Assembly: GCA_964468795.1 (NCBI GenBank)
Contig: CAYXWL010000001.1
Coordinates: 232,246 to 296,245, forward strand
DNA from: an uncultured Candidatus Saccharibacteria bacterium
GTDB taxonomy: Bacteria > Patescibacteriota > Minisyncoccia > Phycocordibacterales > DATDWN01
Direction: 5' to 3'
Length of the DNA: 64,000 nt
The translations under genes were made by a program, and so were the position numbers. The stretch's first letter is position 1, and every line of letters begins with the position of its first letter. Shown one piece after another: positions 20,166 to 26,550 of this stretch. The notes beneath the pieces were generated by a model. It worked only from the letters and a program-made list of their open reading frames with translations. It made no database searches and was not told the DNA's origin.

Positions 20166-20421
20166 AAGCCGAACCGAAGTTCGGCAAGTGTGATGGTAAA
20201 CTCGGAGTAGTTGTAGCCACTCTTTGCTCTTTAGGTAACTTGCGCCCTTAGCGAATACCCTGATTCCATCGCCAGACAGAATCACGGGAGAGTGGTTAAA
20301 GCTACAACTTCTAACCAACTACTCGCTCAATATGTATCACGGGCCATCACGCTCCACGACACGTCGCAACATTTTTCCTGCTCAAAAAATTCTACGATGT
20401 ACCGTGGAACTTTACAAAGAA

Positions 20422-20474
20422 CTTCTGTTTCGTCGTTTCCGACTCATCAGGTGAGACATACATCTCACGACAGG
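20422..20474 (-). ncRNA. hammerhead ribozyme, type III (HHR1)
   Basis: Minus strand: cCUGUC|GUGAGA-UGUAUG-UCUCAC-CUGAUGA-GUCG-GAAA-CGAC-GAAAC-AG. Full catalytic core, GUC cleavage site. Confidence 0.8.
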
Positions 20475-20558
20475 TGCCTTGGGTGCTAATCAAGACAAAT
20501 GATTTTTGGCCCTACTGCCCCTTGCGGGTACTCGGACCTTCTGTTGCCAAGCCGGTCA

Positions 20559-20939
20559 TTACTCCGGCTCCGTCTCCTCAAGCTGCTCTTCAGCAAGCTC
20601 GAGTTTTCTGCAGGCCTCTTCGAAGGCAACCAAGGCAGGAATGTTTCCCTTGCCCAGCTCTGGCAGCACTACGATTGGGAAGATTTCATCTCCCGTCTCG
20701 AGGTACAACCGAGAACCTTCTCCGTCGTGATGGGCGGCCCGCGAGAACTGGCGATGGCAGGAACGGCACTCGAAATAATCCAAGTCGTTCACTTCCACCG
20801 TGCAAGCTCCACAGGACGGACACCCATAACAAAGGAGTCGGCGTTGCGATTCTTCGTAGGCGAGCATTGGACACGAAGACAAGTGCTCGGACACTGACTC
20901 GTGGCAGTGTCGGCACTTTACCGTCAGTCGCAGTCTCAT
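20559..20939 (-). CDS. Cys-rich zinc-ribbon-like protein (126 aa)
   Basis: ATG at 20939, 5 nt after AGGAGG. CRHC..C..CYGCPSCGAC..CRSC motifs. Confidence 0.55.
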   Translation of the reverse strand: MRLRLTVKCRHCHESVSEHLSSCPMLAYEESQRRLLCYGCPSCGACTVEVNDLDYFECRSCHRQFSRAAHHDGEGSRLYLETGDEIFPIVVLPELGKGNIPALVAFEEACRKLELAEEQLEETEPE

Positions 20940-21315
20940 ACTCACCTCCTATTAAAGAACTTGAGACAAACCATTTGCCTCGTCATAATAATCAAAATCT
21001 TGATTTCTCTGACGAGACCCCGACTGATATTTTAGTCGGGATGTTGTGGTGGTGACTGTAAGCGATTGCAGTCACTTACAACCTTGAGATGTTCGGCGAA
21101 TTCCGAGCACCTCTTAGTGAATGTTTGGCTCCACCCGTATCCGAAATAGATACGGGAATCTGGCGCAAGCGCTGGGTGAGAATCTGCAACTCTCACGCTC
21201 TAAGCACCATTCACTCCCTCATGTATCATGGGCCACCACAGCTCCACGACACCTTGCACAACATTTTTTAGAAAAATTCTGTGCGAGATGTCGTGGATAG
21301 ATCAAAAGAACAGTT

Positions 21316-21366
21316 TCTGTTTCGTCCTTTCGGACTCTTCAGGGAGAATACACATTCTCCGACAGA
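21316..21366 (-). ncRNA. hammerhead ribozyme, type III (HHR2)
   Basis: Minus strand: CUGUC|GGAGAA-UGUGUA-UUCUCC-CUGAAGA-GUCC-GAAA-GGAC-GAAAC-AGA. Only the variable N7 differs from the other copies. Begins 6 nt after the stop codon of 21373..21651. Confidence 0.8.
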
Positions 21367-21372
21367 GCCGGA

Positions 21373-21651
21373 CTAACGTGCCGGCAACGAATAATTTTTT
21401 CTTCTCCACCTCCAAGGTTCATTTGAACCGACTCGGAACACGTAGCGGCCACACCGTGAGGTGTACCAGCCACGCGACTCGTCGGCCTTCCGCATTTTTG
21501 TGCGGAAGAAGTTACGAAGGCGACTCACATCACGCGACGTGAGCGGGCGGCCCTTGAGGACCTTTGCCCAGCTGAAGTACCCGTCTTCACGAGTGATCTC
21601 CAGCAACCGACCACCGAACCGATACTGGCCTCTTGACCACTCGCTTCCCAT
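21373..21651 (-). CDS. hypothetical basic protein (92 aa)
   Basis: ATG preceded by CTAGGAGGTATC. R/W-rich. Confidence 0.45.
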   Translation of the reverse strand: MGSEWSRGQYRFGGRLLEITREDGYFSWAKVLKGRPLTSRDVSRLRNFFRTKMRKADESRGWYTSRCGRYVFRVGSNEPWRWRRKNYSLPAR

Positions 21652-22032
21652 GATACCTCCTAGTTTTGAAAGAATAGTGGGTGTTTGCAGGATCCTCTCT
21701 GACTTTAATAGTCCGTGGCTTATCCACAGCTATTTCCTAGTGGTAACTTACCCACAAGGTCGTCTTTGATTAATCACCGCTAACATTGCACACCCGCGCA
21801 ACGCCAAGATGCCGGCAAGCATCTGGTGGATCGGAGCAAAGTTGCCTGGCCTCAGTTCTGTACGATTGCAGCCACTTTGGACTGCAATCTACCTCTCAGG
21901 CTGCCATGCCTTCGAAACACAGAAGTGTACCTTTGGCTCTGCTCCTAACGAAGATCCATCGGACTCCGGAATTTACCAAACTATTTGTCGAGCAAATTCC
22001 GAAATCCGTGAACCATTTTATTTTAAAGAACT

Positions 22033-22083
22033 TCTGTTTCGTCCTTTCGGACTCATCAGGCGAGACACTCATCTCACGACAGA
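22033..22083 (-). ncRNA. hammerhead ribozyme, type III (HHR3)
   Basis: Minus strand: UCUGUC|GUGAGA-UGAGUG-UCUCGC-CUGAUGA-GUCC-GAAA-GGAC-GAAAC-AGA. 5-bp open stem III. Confidence 0.85.
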
Positions 22084-22133
22084 CCAGGATGACGCTCTGG
22101 TAGACGTTTAGGAGATTCTGTTGCCGAGCTCTC

Positions 22134-22352
22134 CTAGTGCTCCGAGGCTGAGTCAGTGAGGATCAGCGTGGTAACCTCGGCGTAAAACGCCTCGACCTCT
22201 GGTCCACCGAACAGGGGTTTGTAAGACCCGTCGGAGTTCCGAGGCCAGATGCCTATGATGGCATCGAGCGTCGCCTTCGAGAGGTTGAATCTCTCGAAAG
22301 TCTTCCGCGCGAGTTCCTCCGAGATCCCCGTGATCTGATAGACTCTTTTCAT
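22134..22352 (-). CDS. hypothetical protein (72 aa)
   Basis: Start MKRVYQITGISEELARK after GAGGAGAGTGAC. Confidence 0.45.
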   Translation of the reverse strand: MKRVYQITGISEELARKTFERFNLSKATLDAIIGIWPRNSDGSYKPLFGGPEVEAFYAEVTTLILTDSASEH

Positions 22353-22388
22353 GTCACTCTCCTCAAAGAACTCGGAACGAACCATTCG

Positions 22389-22460
22389 TCCCATCAAAGA
22401 AATCAAGCTTTATTATTTTCTTGAAAGTAAACTTTCAAGTTGTTAATTGCTTTGATGGGA
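22389..22460 (-). repeat. IR family copy b: TCCCATCAAAG - 50-nt AT-rich spacer - CTTTGATGGGA
   Basis: 11-bp perfect arms. The spacer contains hairpin CTTGAAAgtttacTTTCAAG. Confidence 0.7.
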
Positions 22461-22566
22461 GGGCAAACGATGTTTTGTCGCTCACCCATGTTTACCCATG
22501 CTTTTACGCGGAAGGATTTTTCCACAACTTCGGTGCCTTGGCCGAAGGTTGACGCACCCAGTCGGA

Positions 22567-22743
22567 TTACTTCTTCCGATAGCCAGGCTTCCCGCCACAG
22601 GGAACGGAAACTGCTTTCACAGATTCCCGTTTTGCGGTTTTCAGCCTGCCGTCGTAGAAGTAACCAGCCCGAGCGAGGATCTTGTTGGCTTGCGCCTCCA
22701 AAGTCCTCTGATGGTTTGTGGCCACCATTGTGATTGTTGTCAT
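22567..22743 (-). CDS. hypothetical protein (58 aa)
   Basis: MTTITMVATNHQRTLEAQ.. preceded by GAGGAGGATC. First ORF after a ~370-nt leader. Confidence 0.4.
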   Translation of the reverse strand: MTTITMVATNHQRTLEAQANKILARAGYFYDGRLKTAKRESVKAVSVPCGGKPGYRKK

Positions 22744-23116
22744 GATCCTCCTCAGGATTGACTGGTTGTTAATGTAAAGAACATCGCGGGGGATGAGTTC
22801 GGGCTGGGGCCTAGTACACCGTGCAGCAACACGGGACTTCAGGCGAAAAGTGACCCCATATTGGTTTGCCTTACGCGAGATTCTTGCTCGCGCCTGGCTC
22901 CGCACACTTCCCTTGCTGAAGGGGAAGACTCCCTATGCGGTATTGAATGCCACCCTACACACCCCCACCTCAAAAGACTTGTATCTTCTGAAGCGGAGGA
23001 ATGTGTCCTCCATTTGTAAAGAAATGCACTTTGAAGTTAATTTTGATTGCGGGTCCGTGATATTTATCTGGACGGTTGCCATTCGCTAATAAAACTTAAC
23101 TTCAAGGTACACTGGT

Positions 23117-23145
23117 AGTATATACTAAACGTATATTTTTGTCAA
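23117..23145 (-). promoter_or_regulatory. sigma70-type promoter for the minus-strand GC-rich operon
   Basis: Minus strand TTGACA - 17 nt - TATACT. Confidence 0.55.
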
Positions 23146-23280
23146 GCAGTTTTGACATTTTCTTTTTATAAATCTAAAAATAGCTATAAATATAGCCATT
23201 ATATAGAATATAGATTTAATTTAACCTGACTAAACTAGTATTAAATTGACATACTAAATAAATAATTTTGTTATTTATAT

Positions 23281-23309
23281 TTGACAAATAAAATGAATGG
23301 GTATATACT
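23281..23309 (+). promoter_or_regulatory. sigma70-type promoter for the candidate ncRNA
   Basis: TTGACA (23281-86) - 17 nt - TATACT (23304-09). Confidence 0.6.
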
Positions 23310-23314
23310 TATAG

Positions 23315-23658
23315 GCAGACGAGTACCCAGGGTGTTCTTGGGGAAAGGAGGGTTCCATGCACGACTAGTGCGGGCTGGGGAACCGGGGGTTGTTAACCCC
23401 CGGTGTGGCCTCCAGTTTGGCTAGTCATAGATTGTGGAGGAAGCAAAAGTGGACGACTAGCACATAGGTGGTTCCAGTTCCATGCGTCCGACCACCAGAT
23501 AGTCAGAGGACGCGAGACAGATCATCTTCGTTCAGTTCAAGGTGGAAAATCCACCAGACAAAGAGAGAAGTGTGATTCCGTCAATCGTTCCCGGCGATTA
23601 GTCTTCGGGAACAACATGCCGTGGCGACAACTTACCGTCGCCACGGCATTTCTTATTT
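23315..23658 (+). ncRNA. candidate novel structured RNA (~340 nt) with its own promoter and intrinsic terminator
   Basis: GC-rich island between a consensus promoter and terminator ATGCCGTGGCGACaacttaccGTCGCCACGGCAT+TTTCTTATTT. Many helices, e.g. CCGGGGGUUguuAACCCCCGG and GGUGGAaaaUCCACC. Confidence 0.5.
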
Positions 23659-24393
23659 ATGATCAAAGATATATTTAATTAGGCTTTTGAGAGTGTCTGC
23701 AAACTCTTTGCTTTTTATTAAAATACCAGATGGTCTCTTTCCCAGAATAGATATTCTCACTTGGTCACCATAAACAGTAATATCGCTACTTAAAGGATAC
23801 TTCTCTGAATTTATTTTTAGCCTCTCTCCCATTTCATCTGATGGTTTATCTATATTTTTTGAAGTGTATATAGATCTAGATTTAATTCCTCTTGAAATCC
23901 TACGATCTTTTAGTCTACTTGTTTCTTTATCATCGAAAATATCCTTAACTAGATCTAAAGGATAAACTATATAAACAGGTTCATCAGGAAGTATTTTTAT
24001 AAAAGTATCATCATTTGAGCTAAGCACCCCTTCTTTACCATCAAAAAACTGAACCATTGGTTTTTCCCCTTGTTCTCTTTGGATACCTTTTAATTGTGGG
24101 ACGATAATATCTAGACCTTTTTTATTCTCTTCTAATAAGTGGATCTGTCTTTCTACGAACAAGCCAAGTTTTTCTGGAGGTTCAGCAATATAAAAAGTCT
24201 TTTTTCCAATATTTGATTCACTAACTAAACCCTTCTTCTGTAAAGATTCCAGGATCACGTATGCAGTAGGACGCTTTATCGTTGCTTTTTCGGCAATTTC
24301 AGTTACAAGAGCTTTATCAAAGGAAAGAAGAGCTAAATAAACTGCTGCTTCCTTATCACTAAGCCCAATATCTTTAAGGTATTTTTCAAACAT
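23653..24393 (-). CDS. TrmB-family transcriptional regulator
   Basis: N-terminal LGLSDKEAAVYLALLSFDKALVTEIAEKATIKRPTAYVILESLQKKGLV winged HTH. AT-rich like the host. Confidence 0.75.
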   Translation of the reverse strand: MFEKYLKDIGLSDKEAAVYLALLSFDKALVTEIAEKATIKRPTAYVILESLQKKGLVSESNIGKKTFYIAEPPEKLGLFVERQIHLLEENKKGLDIIVPQLKGIQREQGEKPMVQFFDGKEGVLSSNDDTFIKILPDEPVYIVYPLDLVKDIFDDKETSRLKDRRISRGIKSRSIYTSKNIDKPSDEMGERLKINSEKYPLSSDITVYGDQVRISILGKRPSGILIKSKEFADTLKSLIKYIFDHK

Positions 24394-24481
24394 ATGATTG
24401 TGATGATTTTGATTATTATAACATAGATTTTTTATTTTTTAAAAACAAAATCCGCCCTCCAACGGATTTCGTTGTGGGCGG

Positions 24482-24979
24482 TTAGGATTTACGATACTTC
24501 TCCTCCATTTCTCGGATAGCTTCCTCCAGAGTTCCGAGTCCCATTGCATGTCTTCTCTCATCAACATGCTCAGGATCCTCGATTTCTTTCGGAATAAACT
24601 TTCCGTCGACTTCAGTAAATTGTGTACCGAAGATTTGTGGACGATCCGTGTTCACTCTCACACGATCTGCGAGGTATGCCAGATCTTCTTTGATGATTTC
24701 CTCGAGAGGGCAATCCATCATAGAGTGTAGGCACAACTGTTGGAACGTGGGGTCATGGTCAGCGTGTTGAACGATGAGCCATGCAGAATGTGATGCTTCT
24801 CTGCCCACCATAGAAATCGTAGGCCATCTGTGATGTAACCAGATCCTCATCATCTTCACAGTGTTCTGAAAATCAACTGTCTCATCCCAGAAATCAGGAT
24901 CAAGAAGATTCTTGGAGCGCATTTCCTGGTCAACACGCCCCATCTCAAGTAGCTGTTCTGCCAACTCAGGGAAGAGCAT
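24482..24979 (-). CDS. hypothetical protein (165 aa)
   Basis: ATG preceded by AAAAAGGAGGTCAC. GC-rich. Ends at terminator CCGCCC..GGGCGG+T-run. Confidence 0.55.
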   Translation of the reverse strand: MLFPELAEQLLEMGRVDQEMRSKNLLDPDFWDETVDFQNTVKMMRIWLHHRWPTISMVGREASHSAWLIVQHADHDPTFQQLCLHSMMDCPLEEIIKEDLAYLADRVRVNTDRPQIFGTQFTEVDGKFIPKEIEDPEHVDERRHAMGLGTLEEAIREMEEKYRKS

Positions 24980-24994
24980 GTGACCTCCTTTTTC

Positions 24995-25222
24995 TCACAC
25001 GGGTTGAGTCCATTCTTTCAGAACTCGCACAGTCTTGACCCAGCTTTTCTGATAGACAAGCGGATCATCACTTGGAGCGTCCACCAGAGCCTTGGCAATC
25101 ACTTCTGCTTTGGCGTCGTCTTCAGCTTCAAATGGGATGAACTTCCAACCTCCGCTGGTTAGCCATCTACTATTCGAAGCTGTGTAACGCATTTCTGCAT
25201 ACCAGACTTCGTATTTCGACAT
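24995..25222 (-). CDS. hypothetical protein (75 aa)
   Basis: Start MSKYEVWYAEMRY after AAACGGAGGTTTT. The track ORF was trimmed. Confidence 0.45.
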   Translation of the reverse strand: MSKYEVWYAEMRYTASNSRWLTSGGWKFIPFEAEDDAKAEVIAKALVDAPSDDPLVYQKSWVKTVRVLKEWTQPV

Positions 25223-25238
25223 AAAACCTCCGTTTCTA

Positions 25239-25284
25239 AATATACCATTTTGTGCTTGACAAGTCAAGTAAAGTATGCTAGGAT
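25239..25284. promoter_or_regulatory. back-to-back divergent promoters with adjacent -35 boxes that together form a palindrome
   Basis: Plus: TTGACA(25256-61)-17-TAGGAT. Minus: TTGACT(25267-62)-17-TATATT. The -35 boxes lie in CTTGACaaGTCAAG. Confidence 0.5.
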
Positions 25285-25353
25285 AGAGGTAGTAATTCCT
25301 GTATGTATGTACAGGTCGCCCGAGAAGGGTAGGACAGAAAAAGGATGTGTCGT

Positions 25354-25662
25354 ATGACGCAGAATGCATATGATTTGAAGAAGATCGTGAACGGTCCGAG
25401 CAAGATGGACCTCATGCTGGCGATGTTCGACAGCAGCTTCCCGAATCACCGTTCAGTTGTCTTCAACTTTGAGAATGAGGGAGCGAGCAACTTCAAAGCT
25501 AGTGCTCCCTGTCACATCTCGATGGTTGAGAAGGAAGACGGTTCTGGCGAAAGCTTTAACTTCGAAGGAACTCTCTCCTACGACAACTTCCGGACAGGTA
25601 AGAGGGTGCGTGGTTGCTATAACACCATGCGCCGGACTGGCTTCTTCCACTTCGTGCAGTAG
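25354..25662 (+). CDS. hypothetical protein (102 aa)
   Basis: MTQNAYDLKKIVNG.. after AAAAAGGA. Confidence 0.45.
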   Translation: MTQNAYDLKKIVNGPSKMDLMLAMFDSSFPNHRSVVFNFENEGASNFKASAPCHISMVEKEDGSGESFNFEGTLSYDNFRTGKRVRGCYNTMRRTGFFHFVQ

Positions 25663-25690
25663 TTCTTCTGGGCGAGTTGTTAACTCGCCC

Positions 25691-25730
25691 TCCCATCAAA
25701 GTAATTAAATTTTTGATTTCTTTGATGGGA
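25691..25730 (+). repeat. IR family copy c
   Basis: GGGCGAGTTgttAACTCGCCC hairpin, then TCCCATCAAAG-18 nt-CTTTGATGGGA. Confidence 0.7.
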
Positions 25731-25782
25731 CAATTTGGTCCCGATTTGTTCATTTCAATTTTCAGTGCCCAAAGGAGGGCCC

Positions 25783-26154
25783 ATGATCAACGAACGTGGT
25801 GAGTTTATTCGCGAGACGGCAGCTCCTTCTACCAAGGAAGTCACCACGAAGAATTACATGGTCAACGTGGTCACTTCATCGCTCAAGGATATTCTCAGTG
25901 GACACAACCTGATCAGCGACATGAACCAGGTTATCCTTCTCCAGTTCGGACCTTGCTCGGAAGAGGAAGGTGACGCTCTGGCGGATCGGATCAACGCGTG
26001 GGTTCGTGGGGGTGAAGGTCGTGGTCCTGCTGAGGCATTCCGGATTCTGGGACTGCACCAGAAGACGGGAGATGTGTGGGCGTCTTGCGACCCGATCCCG
26101 ACGGCTGGCATCTCGGAACTTCTCCAAAAGTTCCAGGTGAAAACCACTGTTTGA
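25783..26154 (+). CDS. hypothetical protein (123 aa)
   Basis: MINERGEFIRE.. after AAAGGAGGGCCC. Confidence 0.5.
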   Translation: MINERGEFIRETAAPSTKEVTTKNYMVNVVTSSLKDILSGHNLISDMNQVILLQFGPCSEEEGDALADRINAWVRGGEGRGPAEAFRILGLHQKTGDVWASCDPIPTAGISELLQKFQVKTTV

Positions 26155-26173
26155 TCAACATAAAGATCCGTCC

Positions 26174-26288
26174 ATCGGCGCGTCAGCCCGATATCGTCCG
26201 AGGAAGTCATATTATCCTCGGACTTCCTTCAGAGAGTTCAACTTTGTTTGAAAATTCTGAAGGAACGAATAGTTCGTTCTGGTTCTTT
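26174..26288 (+). promoter_or_regulatory. conserved structured leader, copy A
   Basis: ATCGGCGCGTCAGCCCGATATCGTCCGAGGAAGTCATATTATCCTCGGACTTCCTTCAGAG ... TTCTGAAGGAACGAAtagTTCGTTCtgGTTCTTT, then GGGGAGG and ATG at 26302. Confidence 0.5.
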
Positions 26289-26301
26289 GGGGAGGTACAC
26301 C

Positions 26302-26520
26302 ATGTTCGTCAGCAATACCACGATTTTTCACTGCCCGATGTTCGGGTGCGGTCACGAAAACGAACGTTCGAACCGCACGAAGCCGGAAGACATCGTTTGC
26401 GAAGGATGTCACGCACCTTGGTGGCCGATGGAACTCGGTTTCATTGGAAATGATCCGAAAGAAAACATCGAGTTCGCACGGACTCATGATCGGAAAGGAA
26501 ATCTTCGTGAGCTGGCGTAA
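26302..26520 (+). CDS. zinc-ribbon-like small protein (72 aa)
   Basis: MFVSNTTIFHCPMFGCGHENE..CEGCHAPWW. Confidence 0.45.
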   Translation: MFVSNTTIFHCPMFGCGHENERSNRTKPEDIVCEGCHAPWWPMELGFIGNDPKENIEFARTHDRKGNLRELA

Positions 26521-26550
26521 TTCTTCTGGGCGAACGTAATTTGTTCGCCC

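Noticed and set aside
20474-21055. Long plus-strand ORFs across the GC-rich operon: 20474..21055 (193 aa), 19542..20000, 20499..20897, 21461..21769, 21786..22111, 22440..22761 and 22793..23089.
   Set aside because: They are antisense shadows typical of GC-rich DNA. They are Arg/Pro/Ser-rich, have no Shine-Dalgarno, and run through hammerheads and IR elements. The opposing minus-strand ORFs have RBSs and sensible composition.
23315-23658. The idea that the 340-nt RNA is RNase P RNA, SRP RNA, 6S RNA or a group II intron fragment.
   Set aside because: The universally conserved signatures I can recall (GAGGAAAGUCC and ACAGAA..CGGCUUA for RNase P, the GGAAGCAGCC-type SRP domain IV, the domain 5 hairpin) are not present.
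23403-23678. 91-aa ORF inside the candidate ncRNA.
   Set aside because: It has a GTG start with no RBS and reads through the terminator hairpin into the convergent TrmB gene. An RNA gene is the better explanation.
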